From Mobula hypostoma (lineage: Eukaryota), in contig NC_086097.1 of assembly GCF_963921235.1 (NCBI RefSeq), positions 218,366,001 through 218,430,000 on the forward strand: a stretch of 64,000 bases of DNA, in the 5' to 3' direction. Position 1 is the stretch's first letter. Each line of letters opens with the position of its first letter. The position numbers were made by a program, and so were the translations under genes. The notes beneath the pieces were generated by a model, which was not told the origin of the DNA, did not search any database, and saw nothing but the letters and a program-made list of their open reading frames with translations. This document shows, piece after piece, positions 1-13,400 of this stretch.

Positions 1-924
1 TTCTGTGGGAATTCTTATGAATAAATTCTGGTTGCCATCTCTACATGGAAATCTGTCTTTCTTCCTTACTTTGGTTCTAACATTGCTAGTGCACATTGTG
101 ACAGTTCTCCCCTTCTTGACTCATCCTTAAAACCATTATCACCTATTCCCACTTCCTAGCCTTCTATCTTTCTCGTAGCCATCACATTCCTGGCACTTGA
201 TTGCCAAAGCTCTTTCCAAAAAAAAACCCAATTATCCCTTCAGCAATACCCACAATTCCCTAAGCTCTAATCTTCCCCAGTTCCCCTAAGAATTCCTGCA
301 GGCTATGATATAAGTCTCTCCCTCGAGAGCCAATCCTCTCATCCCCACAAATCTTTTTCTCTGAGGATTCAGTTCCCTTTGCCTCTAATATCCCCAAATG
401 GTCACTCCAGTTTATTGTTTCCCATCCTGCCTAATCACTGTGCTTTCTCCCACACTCCATCAACCATCAACCTCTACAGCCTGACTCTGATACCCTTCCC
501 CTTCATGATGCTCCCAGGCAGTAGGTTGGAATCAAAAGCCTCAGCTGGCTGAGTTATGATCGTGAAATCAAGACAAAAATGATAAACATCTGCTGCTGTT
601 TAATTAAAATTGGCAATATCTTCAGGAAACCCCTTCCAGGTCTTCTGAAAATCAATCTCTCCTCCAAAGGCTCTGTGTTAATGTTGGTGACTAATCTACA
701 GAGCTAGAACGTGATCCATGTTCCCTTCCCTCTTTTGAAAATAAGTACAGAAGCACAAGCTTTTGAAAAAAAATTAAGAATATGAATTCTCAGTAAAGAT
801 TCTTGCCATTCTCAATTCAGGAATAACTTGACTTACAGTTGAGTTCCTTTGTTCAGGTTACAGAAATTCATCCTTCCAGAATTCACAAATCACCATCCAA
901 AAGTACGGAAAAAAAAAACTCACT

Positions 925-1322
925 TGCACAGAAATTACTCATGATGGATAGGTCATGTCATCCGCATGCCTAATACAGGTCTCTCCAAACAGATCCTTTA
1001 CTCCCAGTTGAAGGAAGGTCAGTGAGCAACTTGTGGGCAAAGGAAACACTTCAAAGATCTCATCAAAGTCAGCCTGAAGGTAGTCAACACGATATCTGAA
1101 GATACTGCACTCAACAGATAAACCTGGAGGAAATCTGTTCAAGAGGGAGCTGTGCTGCAGAGAATAACAGGCAGTTGCAAAAGGAGAAACGCAACAACCA
1201 AAAGACCCAACCACTAATCATAGCCACTACTGACTTGTGTCCGCTGCAGCAGAATATGTGGATCCCAGATTGGCCTCCACAGCAACCTGAGGATCCCCCA
1301 ATAGATAACCCTTTGGGAGAAC
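925..1322 (+). mobile_element. RTE-clade LINE 3' fragment
   Basis: Plus frames read W.GHVIRMPNTGLSKQILYSQLKEG...GQRKHFKDLIKVSLK and a decayed C-terminal C2H2-like stretch (ICGSQIGLHSNLR), as in RTE/BovB ends. Confidence 0.7.
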
Positions 1323-1324
1323 AT

Positions 1325-4310
1325 TATAGACAACAGACAATAGGTGCAGGAGTAGGCCATTCGGCCCTTCAAGCCAGCACCGCCATTCACTGTGATCATG
1401 GCTGATCATCCACAATCAGTATCCAGTTCCTGCCTTATCCCCATAACCTTTGATTCTGCTATCTTTAGGAGCTCTATCTATCTCTTTCTTGAAAGCATCC
1501 AGAGACTTGGCCTCCACTGCCTTCTGGGGCAGAGCATTCCACATATCCACCACTCTCTGGGTGAAAAAGTTTTTCCTCAACTCCATTCTAAATGGCCTAC
1601 CCCTTATTCCTGAACTGTGGCCTCTGGTTCTGGACTCACCCATCAGCGGGAACATGCTTCCTGCCCCAGCATGTCCAATCCCTTAAAAATCTTACATGTT
1701 TCAATCGGATCCCCTCTCATCCTTCTAAATTCCAGTGTATACAAGCACAGTCGCTCCAATCTTTCAACATGTGACAGTCCTGCCATAGATAGATAGATAG
1801 ATATACTTCATTGATCCCGAGGGAAACCGGGTTTCGTTACAGCCACACCAACCAAGAATAGAGCATAAATATAGCAATACAAAGACCACAAACAATCAAA
1901 CAACTATATGCAAACTATGCCAGATGGAATAAGTCCAGGACCAGCTTATTGGCTGAAGGTGTCTGACCCTCCACGGCCATCCCGGGAATTAACCTTGTGA
2001 ACCTATGGTGCACTCCCTCAATAGCAAGAATGTCCTTCCTCAAATTTGGAGACCAAAGCTGCACACAATACTCCAGCTGTGGTCTCACCAGGGCCCTGTA
2101 CAGCTGCAGAAGGACCTCTTTGCTCCTATACTCAATTCCCCTTGTTATGTAGGCCAGCAAGCCATCAGCTTTCTTTATTGTCTGCTGTGCCTGCATGCTT
2201 GCTTTCAGCGACTGATGTACAATAACACCAAGATCTCGTTGTACTTCCCCTTTTCCTAACTTGACTCCATTTAGATAATAATCTGCCTTCCTGTTCTTAC
2301 CACCAAAGTGGATAACCTCACATTTATCCACATTAAACTGCATCTGCCATGCATCCGCCCACTTACCCAGCCTGTTCAAGTCACCCTGCATTCTTACAAC
2401 ATCCTCCTCACACTTCACACTGCCACCCAGCTTCCTGTCATCTGCAAATTTGCTAATGTTACTTTTAATCCCTTCATCTAAATCATTAATATACATTGTA
2501 AACAGCTGCGGTTCCAGCACTGAACCCTGTGGTACCCCATTGGTCACTGTCTGCCATTCTGAAAGGGACCTGTTAATCACTACTCTTTGTTTCCTGTCAG
2601 CCAGCCAATTTTCAATCCATGTCAGTACTCTGCCCCCAATACCATGTGCCCTAATTTTGCCCACTAATCTCCTATGTGGGACTTTATCAAAGGCTTTCTG
2701 AAAGTCCAGGTACACTACATCCACTGGCTCTCCCTTGTCCATTTTCATAGTTACATCCTCAAAAAATTCCAGAAGCTTAGTCAAGCACAATTTCCCCTTC
2801 GTAAATCCATGCTGACTCGGACCTATCCTGTTACTGCCATCTAAATGTGCCATAATTTCATCTTTTATAATTGACTCCAGCATCTTTCCCACCACTGACG
2901 TCAGGCTAACCGGTATATAATTCCCCGTTTTCTCTCTCCCTCCTTTCTTGAAAAGTGGGACAACATTAGCCACCTGCCAATCCACAGGAACTGATCCTGA
3001 ATCTATAGAACATTGGAAAATGATTACCAATGTGTCCACGATTTCTAAAGCCACCTCCTTAAGTTCCCTGGGATGCAGACCATCAGGTCCCGGAGACTTA
3101 TCAGCCTTCAGTCCCAACAGTCTATTCAACACCATTTCCTGCCTAATATAAATTTCCTTCAGTTCATCCATTACCCTAGGTCTTTTGGCCACTATTATGT
3201 CTGGGTGATGGTTTGTGTCTTCCTTAGTGAAGACAGATCCAAAGTACCTGTTCAACTTGTCTGCCATTTCCTTGTTCCCCATAATAAATTCACCTGTTTC
3301 TGTCTTCAAGGGCCCAATTTTGGTCTTAACTATTTTTTTCCTCTTCACATACCTAAAGAAGCTTTTACTATCCTCCTTTATATTCTTGGCTAGTTTACCT
3401 TCATACCTCTGTGTACTGCCTTTTTAGTTATCTTCTGTTGCTCTTCAAAAGTTTCCCAATCCTCCGGCTTTGCTATGTTATACTTCTCTTTTATTTTTAT
3501 ACTGTCCTTTACTTCCCTTGTCAGCCATGGCCTCCTCTTACTCCCCTTAGGATCTTTCTTTCTCTTTGGAATGAACCGATCCTGCACCTTCTGTATTATT
3601 CCCAGAAATACCTGCCATTGTTTTTCCACTGTCATCCCTGCTAGGGTATTGTTCCATTGAACTTTGGCCAGCTCCTCCCTCATAGCTCCATAGTTCCCTT
3701 TGTTCAACTGTAATACTGATACTTCCGATTTTCCCTTCTCACTCTCAATTTGTAGATTAAAACTTGTCATATTATGGTCACTACCTCCTAATGGCTCCTT
3801 TACCTCAAGGTCCCTGATCAAATCCGGTTCATTGCACAGCACTAAATCTAGAATTGCCTTCTCTCTGGTTGGCTCCAGTACAAGCTGTTCTAAGAATCCA
3901 TCTCAGAGGCACTCCACAAACTCCCTTTCTTGGGGTTCAGTACCAACCTGATTCTTCCAGTCTACCTGCATGTTGAAATCCCCCATAACAACTGTAGCAT
4001 TACCTTTGCGACATGCCAATTTTAACTCTTGATTCAACTTACATCCTACATCCAGACTACTGTTTGGGGACCTGTAGATAAGGCTGAATATCATTCCTCA
4101 CCAACAGAGCCACCCCACCCCCTCTGCCCATCAGTCTGTCCTTTTGATAGGATGTATACTCTTGAATATTCATTTCCCAGGCCCTGTCCACTTGAAGCCA
4201 TGTCTCTGGATGCTCACGACCAGCTTTTAAATCAACCGCTCCTTCTCAGCCAATCCCTGCACTTACTCCTTCACTGCTGCGCCTCCACTGACCTTGACTC
4301 GAATGACTGC
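1325..4310 (-). mobile_element. CR1-clade LINE (endonuclease remnant and long RT ORF 1915-3348), interrupted by a small insertion
   Basis: [32 protein letters not shown] and KFADD motifs; APE remnants (YRSPNS, GDFN, GSDHN); CR1 3' tail near 1330-1450. Confidence 0.95.
1787..1975 (-). mobile_element. Short 3' retroposon fragment with an (ATCT)n tail, inserted into the CR1
   Basis: (atag)n at 1785-1803, non-CR1 body, and flanking GCCAT at 1782-1786 and 1976-1980. It supplies the non-CR1 C-terminus of the 477-aa ORF. Confidence 0.7.
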
Positions 4311-4556
4311 ACTGCCATTAGTATGGTGGAACAAGCAACAACAATGAGATTCAACAATTTCTTTTCAGCAAAGGACGGACATGGTTATTCAGTGCACCTT
4401 GGCAACAAATGAGTAATGGAACAAGCAGGGAAGTTGGATCAATGATTTAACCCTGCTCTGAATTACCATTAAATTAGAGCGGCGAGGAGATTACTGGAAT
4501 TCTTATTTTACTGCTTCTATTATCAAGAGAAATGAATATTTCATGTCGAAACTTAC

Positions 4557-4647
4557 TACACCACTTGACGTTCCAATTACGATTGGCATCAACACCGTGG
4601 CAATTGAAATAAGTACTGTTAGAACGTGTTTTTCTCCAGAATCGATC
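4557..4647 (-). CDS. CPA6: CPA6 coding exon 8 (RKTR and NRNW substrate-binding residues); gene continues left of the window
   Basis: atttag|[30 protein letters not shown]+A|gtaagt. 91 nt, ends in phase 1. No later exons recognised in 1-4556. Confidence 0.97.
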
Positions 4648-4996
4648 CTAAATAAGATGCAAAAACTGTACATGTTTAAACCTGCGCAGATTAGTTCAAC
4701 CTTTTAAATTCATTTTTTCTTAATGTAGTCATTCTATTTGCTTTGCCTCATGAATCAAAGGGCCATTTGAAAGTGCAAATCCCTGAATTTTTTTCTAGGT
4801 ACAAGTATAGATGATTCTTCTTTAAAAGATAAACATAGAAAAATAATTGTACTCTCCCTTCTATTGTATTAATTAATTCATTAAGTTATGGAAAGCATTT
4901 AACAAACTGCTTTGATTAAGAGGGCATAAAAAAGACTACTTTGAATTGATCTGTAGATGACTACATTAAGAAAAAAAAAACAAATGATTGACCTAC

Positions 4997-5107
4997 CTTT
5001 GTCCAGCTATAATGGTATCCATCTACATTAAAAACAGGCATGATGTAGAAATACAGTTGTTTCAGAAGTTTTCGCATTACAGGATCACTGTGGTATGTCT
5101 TTACAGC
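4997..5107 (-). CDS. CPA6: CPA6 coding exon 7
   Basis: tgtaag|[37 protein letters not shown]|gtaggt. 111 nt. Contains the PVFNVDGY motif. Confidence 0.97.
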
Positions 5108-5654
5108 CTTACAAAGAAGAAAAGATGAAGAGCTTTTTTCCAATCTATATTATAATTGAAACTTACAGTACAGTATGTGGAGGGGTAGCACTTTTATTAT
5201 GATATAAAGACTTAATTGACACTCAATTACATATAATTAACATTTTGAAACTAAGAACATTCCAGCTGACTTACATTGTGCTGGGACCACTGAGTCATTT
5301 GGAAGCCTGATAATCTGTAAACACAGCTGATATTTTCAGCCCTCTAAAAATAAATCCTCCTGTGAACCATGAGCATATTGTCAAGTTCCACATTTAATTA
5401 TTGAACATTTTAGATGACACATCAGTTATAGAAATTATATCAAGGGGCAATGGGTCAAAATTAGGAAGCTGTGGTTAAATCAAAAATGGAGTCAAAGCTG
5501 GAAAAAATTCCCCTATATTGAAAATGATAAATGGAGTGTGATACCAATGAATAGTGAGTACATTTCCAGTCAAGATAGCACCAGTGAACAAAGAGTCCTT
5601 GGCTGATGTCTTTCAGATAGCCAGTCTCTTCAATTATTTCTCCTTTTCCACATC

Positions 5655-6630
5655 TTCAGCTTGTTCTTTTTTGTCTTGATCGTGTTACGGAAACTGTTGG
5701 AGCCTGTGATGTACAGTTTGGAATTTGATGGAATGACCTTGCACTCTGCTGTATCCGCAGAGGACCGAGCTGCTGAGATGGGGTCCTGAAAAGGACCAAG
5801 AACGTGAGCTGCCTTGCGGGAAAGACCAAAGGGTTACGAACCATTTCAAAGCATCAGGGAAGATTGAAGCATTGAGGTGAATGCGAAGGAGGCTAGCGGT
5901 AGCTCTCAAAGGAGGCCATGGGGTCGACGGCGGTCGGTAGCCAAATTGGCGGCGTTTGGACCCGGTGTGGCAGTTACTCAGCATGAAACGATTGAGACTG
6001 TGCGGCTATTCTCCTCAAATGCTGACGGGAGAATGTTTGCGATATCCTGAGATTTATGTGATTATTGGACTGTATATTATAGTAGTCTCCTTTGGTTTTT
6101 GGTGTTTGCTTTCTTGTTGCTGATTGGCGGGTGGGTGATATGTTACTTTTTGTGAGAGGGAAGAGATTGGGATTTGGAGCCTGATATTCTTGTTGTTTTT
6201 CTGTGTGGGCAATCTGTAAGTTTTTGTGTGAGAAAGGGGTTCTGATGCTACTGTCGCTGTTCTTTTCTGTGAGAGAAGGTGTTGGGGGTTTGATATTATT
6301 GTTGCTGGTTTTTGGTGAGGGAGGGGGTTGGGGATTTGATGTTATCATCACTTTCCTTTTCAAGAGAGGGTTGGGGTTTTTGATATTCTAGCTGCCATTT
6401 TCCACCTGGGCGAACTGTTAATTTTTTGTGTGAGGGAGGGGCTGGGGTCTTTTGGGGTTTGTGAGATTTGTTTCCTTTTCTTTTTGATGCCACGGTGTTA
6501 GTGAGGAGTGAATATCTTTTCTTTAAGCAACTCCCATGGCTTTTCTGTATTACGTGGCTATCTGGAGAAGACAAATATCAGAGTTGTATTGTACATGCAT
6601 ACTTTGACAATAAAATGAACCTTTGAACCA
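5655..6630 (+). mobile_element. Non-coding retroposon-like repeat (GC-rich head, T/G-rich internal repeats, AATAAAATGAACCTTTGAACC tail)
   Basis: 3' end resembles the repeat at 15735-16088. Imperfect tandem units at about 6100-6470. No credible ORF. Confidence 0.5.
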
Positions 6631-7999
6631 ATTCTACAAGTACATCAACAGATATGGCACAGGTTATAGCAATAGTAAAAGGATAAAGCTAGTGAATCTG
6701 CAGCCTTCAAACCAGTATAAATGAACTAAGTATGCAAATAAAAATGAATAGTTCTCAATGCTTTTATAGAAACACGGCTGTAAAACAACATGGCTTGGGA
6801 TGTGAATATTTAAGGTTCATCAAAGGAAAACTTCAGGAAAAGTTCAACTTCAGGAAAAGTTGGAGTTGTAATTCTACAGCAAAGACAGGGCAAGTCAGGT
6901 TCTGGTAGTCAGGATGTAGAAGTGGTTAGGATGGAAATGAGATAAAATGTAAACAAGAGGACACTTGTGGGACTGCAGTACAGCAAACATAATTGTACCA
7001 CAATGCAGAATCGATGGGAGTTTGTTGGAAAGGTATTATGAATTAAATCCCCAGTTTGTCTGAAAAATCAGATGAGCACAGGAAAACTAGAAAGGTCACA
7101 GAACGTTTTTGGTATAGTTTCCTAGTTCTGGAGCATAGATTCAGTTACAGTCTATAGCATGAAATAGACCCTTCAGCCCAACAGGCACAAGATGCCTATC
7201 TATGCTAATTCTACTTGTCATCTCTCAACTTTCTTTGCTCCAGGAAAAACAGTCTGAATCTATCCAGTCTTAATTCAACCCTTCCAATCCAGGGAACATT
7301 CCTGTGAAAATCTTTTCTGCATGTTCTGCAGCTTAATCAAATAATTTCTGTAGTGTGACAAGCAGAACAACAGACAAAGGATCATTTCAAAGGGTGCAAA
7401 GAAATGAAAAGATAAAATGCTTTTAAAATCAGGTCAGACAAATTAAGAAAGACTGTGGAGTCCAGTTAATTACTCAGCATGTAACTTGCCACAGAAAATG
7501 CTTGAGTAAAACATAAACGAATCAGTCAATGAGACAGAATTTTAAGCAAAAAACAAATAGAATGAATAAAATTATCAAAAAAATGAGCAGTTATTTATTT
7601 TTTCTGATACATTGATGCAAAATTTATGATTACTTATAATGTAGACTGAAGGAAACGAGAAAAGGCTTCAACTTAAAGAAAATGGAATATATTATAAACT
7701 ATTAATCAAATCCAATTGAGTGATCACGTTTAAAGACACCTAACAAAACTTGAAAAAAAATGATAGGGTAAAAGAACAGGAAAATGAGAAAGTGTGGTGG
7801 GAGAACTGAAAAGCTGAAATTAGCTCAATTTGAACTATAATTTTGATTTAGTTGGAAACCTTTGTTTATTTGATATCATTATAACTGTAGGTTGCACAAA
7901 GTTTCCATTTCATCACCCAATATTCCAAATCAAATATAAATACTGTACTGCCAATGAGAAAATGTAGATAATTTTAGCTATTTAAGCTTGATTACTCAC

Positions 8000-8104
8000 T
8001 TCTTTTACGAACCATTGACAAAAGGCTGGACCAATCCACTCTCTGGCATGAATGCCACAATCTATCCACACTGCTTTCTTGAAAGGATGTGATTTCTTGC
8101 CTAA
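8000..8104 (-). CDS. CPA6: CPA6 coding exon 6 (zinc-binding HARE motif)
   Basis: tttcag|[35 protein letters not shown]|gtgagt. 105 nt. His and Glu zinc ligands of M14A carboxypeptidases. Confidence 0.97.
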
Positions 8105-8179
8105 CTGAAATTGAAAGCATACATTCAATACTCAAAATCTTTCCAGTATTGTATAGCTTTGGTAACCCATGTAAATTAC

Positions 8180-8281
8180 CTGAAGAACATAGAGAGGTCT
8201 TCCTTCATATGATTTCCCAATCGAGAAAAGATAAAGGAGCTGAGAATATGTTTGATACATCTGAAGCATCCAATTCTGTAT
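8180..8281 (-). CDS. CPA6: CPA6 coding exon 5
   Basis: tttcag|IQNWMLQMYQTYSQLLYLFSIGKSYEGRPLYVLQ|gtaatt. 102 nt. Contains the M14A IGxSYEGR motif. Confidence 0.96.
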
Positions 8282-8664
8282 CTGAAAATGTATCAAGTCA
8301 TTTACAAAAGTACATTGCAGAAAGATAAACAGCCAACATTTCAAAAGACAAATCAATATTTTCAGATATTTGACAATTTACATCCAATTATGGCCATCTT
8401 GATGCAAAGAATTGTTTGGTAGAAAGTAATTATTTTTTGTCCTATTCTCTGCACATGCGTGGTAAATGCCAAGCACCGCATCATACAGGCTTAACATCAC
8501 AACTAAAAACACATAGTACTGCAGTAAAAGATTTTCAGATATGCATTAGAATTTTAAAACTGTGGGATGTGAATTTAACCCATTGTTTACTTAACTTCAA
8601 TACCTACACTACATTTTTGCCAGTGTCACATTTTTTGTCAGAATCACATTCTTACTCTTACAAT

Positions 8665-10480
8665 ATATTCTAGTCCTCTTGAAATGAATGCTAAAATTGC
8701 ATTTGCCTTCCTACCACTGAATCTACAAGTTAATCTTTAAGGAATCCTGCTCAAGAACTCCCAAGATCTCTGATTTTTGTATTTTCTCCGCATTCAGAAA
8801 ATAGATTGCACCTTTATTTCTTCTACCAAAGTGCCTGACCTCACCCTTCCCGACACTATGTTTCATCTGTCACTTCTCCCAATCTGACCACATCCTTCCC
8901 GACACTATGTTCCATCTGTCCATTCTCCCAATCTGACCTCACCCTTCCCGACACTATGTTCCATCTGTCACTTCTCCCAATCTGACCTCACCCTTCCCGA
9001 CACTATGTTCCATCTGTCACTTCTTTGTCCATTCTCCCAATCTGACCACATCCTTCTGCTGACTCTCTGCTTCCTCAACACCACCTGCCCCCAACCCCAC
9101 CCTATCTTTGTATCGTCCGCAAACCTGGCCACAAAGCCATCAATTCTGTCATCCAAATCCTTGCCATATAATATGAAAAGAAGTAGTTCAACACCAACCC
9201 CTGCGGAACATCACTTGTTACAGGCAGCCAACCAGAGTAGCCTCCTTTATTCTGACTCTTTGCCTCCTGCCAGTCAGCCAATCTGCTAGAATCTTTCTTG
9301 TAACACTACAGGCTCTTATCTAGTTAAGCAGCCTCACGTGTAGCACCTTGTCAAAGGCCTCCTGAAAATCCAAGTAAACAACATCCACTGACTCTCCTCT
9401 GTCTATTCCACTGTTATTTCCCCTAAGAACTCCAACAGATTCCTGAAGGCAACCATGCTCACTTTGGCCTACCTTATCATGCGCCGTACCCTGAAACTTC
9501 ATCCTTAATAAAAGACTCTAACATCTTCCCAAAGACTGAAGTCAAACTAACGAGCCTATAACTTCCTTTCTTCTGCCTCCCGTTCTTCTGAAAGAATGGT
9601 GTAAAATTTGCAATTTTCCTGTCCTCTGGAACCATTCCAGACCATTAACTCTGCAGCATCTTTTTCCAGAGGTCAAATATCCACTCTCGCCTCCCTTTTG
9701 CTCTTTATATATAGTGTCTGGAAAAAAACCATTAGGAATCCTCTTCAGTATTATTAGCTAGCTTAACTTTATATTTAATCTTTTCTGTCCTAATAGTTTT
9801 TTTTAAACTGCTTTCTGATGGTTTTAAAAACCCTTCCATCCTCAAACTTCACTTTAGCTATATTATATGCCCTTTCCTTTGGTTTTATGCTGTCTTTGAC
9901 TTCCCTTGTCAACCATGGTTGCTCCATCCTCCCTTTAGAATGCTTCTTTATCTTTGGAATGTATCTCCCCTGTACCTTCTGAGTAGCCCCAGAAACTCCA
10001 GCTATTGCTGTTCTGCTGTCATCCCTGCTAGTGTCCCCTTCCAATCAACTTTGGCCAGTTTCTCTCTCACACCTCTGTAATTCAATTGACTCCACTGGAA
10101 TGCTGATATATCTGACTTTGTCTTCTTACTCTCAAACTGCAGACTGAATTCTATCATATTATGATCACTGCTTCCCAAGGGTTTATTTACCTTAAGTTCC
10201 CTAATCAAATATGGTTCATTACACTACATCCAATCCAGAATTCCTCTTCCCCCTGGGGGCTCAGCCAGAAGCTGCTCTAAAAAGCCATCTCATAGGCAGT
10301 TTTCAAATTCCCTCGGGATCCAGCAGCGACCTGATTTTCCCAATCTACCTGAATGTTGAAATGCCCCCCATGATGATTACAACATTGCCCTTTTTACATG
10401 CTTTTTCTATTTCCCATTGAAATTATACATCCCACATCCTGGCCACTGTTCAGGGGCCTGTATATAATACCCATCAGGGC
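8665..10480 (-). mobile_element. CR1 LINE ORF2, fragmented and internally deleted
   Basis: FADDTKIG, YLDFQEAFDKV and GSSDHNMIEF fragments. Confidence 0.9.
8835..9056. repeat. Minisatellite of about 49-bp units (4 copies) inside the CR1
   Basis: Repeated ctgacctcacccttcccgacactatgttccatctgtcacttctcccaat with small variants. Confidence 0.9.
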
Positions 10481-10489
10481 GATCAAAGA

Positions 10490-13400
10490 CCATAAGACAT
10501 AGAAGCAGAATTAGGCCATCTGGCCTATCGAGTCTCCTCCGCCATTCAATCATGGCTGATCCTTTTTTTTTTCTCTTCCTCAACCACAGTTCCTGACCTA
10601 CTCCCTATAACTTTGATGCCATGTCCAACCAAGAATCTATCAATCTCTGCCTTAAATACACCCAACGACCTGGCCTCCACATCTGCATGTGGCAACAAAT
10701 TACACAAGTTCACCACCCTTTGGCTAAAGAAATTTCTAAGCATCTCTGTTTTGAAATGGCGCCCCTCTATCCTGACGCTGTGCCCTCTTGTTCTAGACAC
10801 TCCCACCATGGGAAATATCCTTTCCACATCTACGCTGTCTAGGCCTTTCAACATTCGAAAGGTTTCAATGAGATCCCCACCTTATCCTTCTGAATTACAG
10901 CAAGTACAGACCCAGAGCCATCAAACATTTCTCGTAAGATAACCCTTTCATTCCTGGAATCATCCTTGCGAACCTCCTCTGGACCCTCTCCAATGCCAGC
11001 ACATCTTTTCTAAGATGAGGGGCCCAAAACTGTTCACAATACTCAAGGTAAGACCTCACCAGTGCCTTATAAAGCCTCAGCATCACATCCTTGTTCTTGT
11101 ATTCAAAACCTCTTGAAATGAATGCTAACATGGCAATTGTCTTTGTCACCATCGATTTGACCTGCAAGTTAACCTTTAGGCTGTTCTGCACAAGGACTCC
11201 CAAGTCCCTTTGCATCTCAGATTTTTGGATTTTTCCCCCGTTTAGAAAATAGTCCGCACATTTATTTCTACTACCAAAGTGCATGGCCATGCATTTTCCA
11301 ACATCGTATTTCATTTGCCACTTTCTTGCCCATTCTCCAAATTTGTTTAAGTCCTTTGCCTCCTAGCTGTTTCCTCAACACTACCTGCCCTTCCACCAAT
11401 CTTAATATCATCTGCAAACTTAGCATCAAAGCCATCTATTCCATCATCTAAATCATTTATATACAGCATATAAAGAAGTGGTCCCAACACCGGGACCCCT
11501 GCAGAACACCACTAGTCACTGGCAGCCAACCAGAAAAGAATCCTTTTATTCCCACTTGCTGCCTCCTTCCAATCAGCCAATGCTCTACCCATGTTAGTAA
11601 CTTTCCTGTAGTACCATGAGCTCGTAACTTGGTAAGCAGCCTCATGTCTGGCACCTTGTCAAAGGCCTTCTGAAAGTCCAAATATACAACATCTACTGCA
11701 TCCCCTTTATCTACCCTACTTGTAATCCCAAAGAATTCCAACAGGTTCGTCAGGCAGGATTTTCCCTGAAGGAAACCATGCTGACTTTGTACTATCTTGT
11801 CCTGTGTCCCCATATACTCCATCACCTCCTCCTTAACAATTGACTCAAGCATCTTCCCAACCACTGAGGTCAGGCTAACTGGTGTATAATTTCCTTTCTG
11901 CTACCTTCCTCCTTTCTTAAAGAGTGGAGTGACAGTTGCAATTTTCTATTTCTCCGGCACCATGCCAGAGTCCAATGATTTTTGAAAGATCATTTCTAAT
12001 TCCACCACAATCTCTAACACTACCTCTCTCAGAACCCTAGGGTGCAGTTCCTCTGGTCCAGGTGACTTATGTAACCTTAGGTCTTTCAGCTTTTTGAGCA
12101 ACTTCTCTCATGTGAACAGTAACTGCACCCACTTCTCTTCTTTCACACACTACAACATCAGATATACTGCTAGTGTCTTCCACAGTGAAGACTGATGCAA
12201 AATATTCATTTAGTTCATCAGCTATCTCCTTGTCCCCATTATTATTTCTCTTGCCTCATTTTCTAGTGATCCCATATCCACTCACATTCCTCTTTTATTT
12301 TTAACATAAAAAAACTTTTACTATCCACTGTGATATTATTTGTTAGCTTGCTTTCATCTTTTCCCTTCTAATGTCTTTTTTTAGTTGCTCTCTGTAGGTT
12401 TTTAAAAACTTCCCAATCCTCTATCTTCCCACTAATTTTTGCTTTGTTGTATGCGCTTTCATTTGCTTTTACAATAACTTTGACTTCCCTTGGCAGCCAC
12501 GGTTGTACTATTTTACCATTTCTTCATTTTTGGAATACACATGCCCTGCACCTTCCTCATTTTTCCCAGAAACGCACGCCATTGCTGCTCTGCTGACATC
12601 CCTGCCAGCAGCTCCTTCCAATTTACTTTGGCCAACTCTCTCTCATACCACTGTAATTCCCCTTACTCCACTGAAAGACTTTACTATTTCCCTATCAAAT
12701 TTCAAGTTGAACTCAATCATAGTGTGATCACTGGTTCCTAAGGATTCTTTTACCTTAATCTTCCTAATCACTTCTGGTTCATTACATAGCACTCTATTCA
12801 GTATAGCTGATCACCTAGTAGGCTCAATGACAAACTGCTCCAAAAAGCCATCTCTTTGGCCTTCAACAAACTCACTCTCTTGAGATCAAGTACCAACCTG
12901 ATTTTTCCAATCAACCTGCATATTAAAATCTCCCATGACTACCATGCCCTTTTGACTCATCTTTTTTCATTTCCTGTTGTAATCTGTGGTCCACCTCCCA
13001 GCCACTGTTGGGAGGCCTGTATATAACTGCCATCAATGTCCTTTTACCCTTGCAGTTTCTTAACGCAACCCACAAGGCTTCTGCATCTTCTGATCCTATG
13101 TCACCTCTTTCTAAAGATTTGATTTCGTGTTTTTTACCAATAGAGCCACCCCACCCCCTCTTCCTGAACTTTCTATACAACTTGTATCCTTGGATGTTAA
13201 GCTCTGAACTATGATCTTCTTTCAGCCATGTCTCAGTGATAACCACATTGTCATACCTGCCAATCTCTAACTGTGCTACAAGATCATCTCCCTTATTCTG
13301 TATACTGCATGTATTCAAATGTAACACCTTCAGTCCCATATTCATCACCCTTTTCAATTTTGCCTCCTTGTTATACTTCAACTCATCCCACTGATTGCAA

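Noticed and set aside
1..920. Further CPA6 exons (9 onward)
   Set aside because: No YCG, ESEPE or FHAY-like coding found on the minus strand; the region looks like decayed pyrimidine-rich repeat and intron.
1915..3348. 477-aa reverse transcriptase as a retron, DGR or novel RT system
   Set aside because: Standard CR1 LINE ORF2 motifs with many decayed paralogues in the window.
5974..6574. Pro/Lys/Asn-rich ORFs
   Set aside because: Low-complexity antisense translations of a T/G-rich repeat.
8835..9056. Regularly spaced repeats resembling a CRISPR array
   Set aside because: Head-to-tail tandem units with no unique spacers, derived from CR1 sequence, no cas genes, eukaryotic context.
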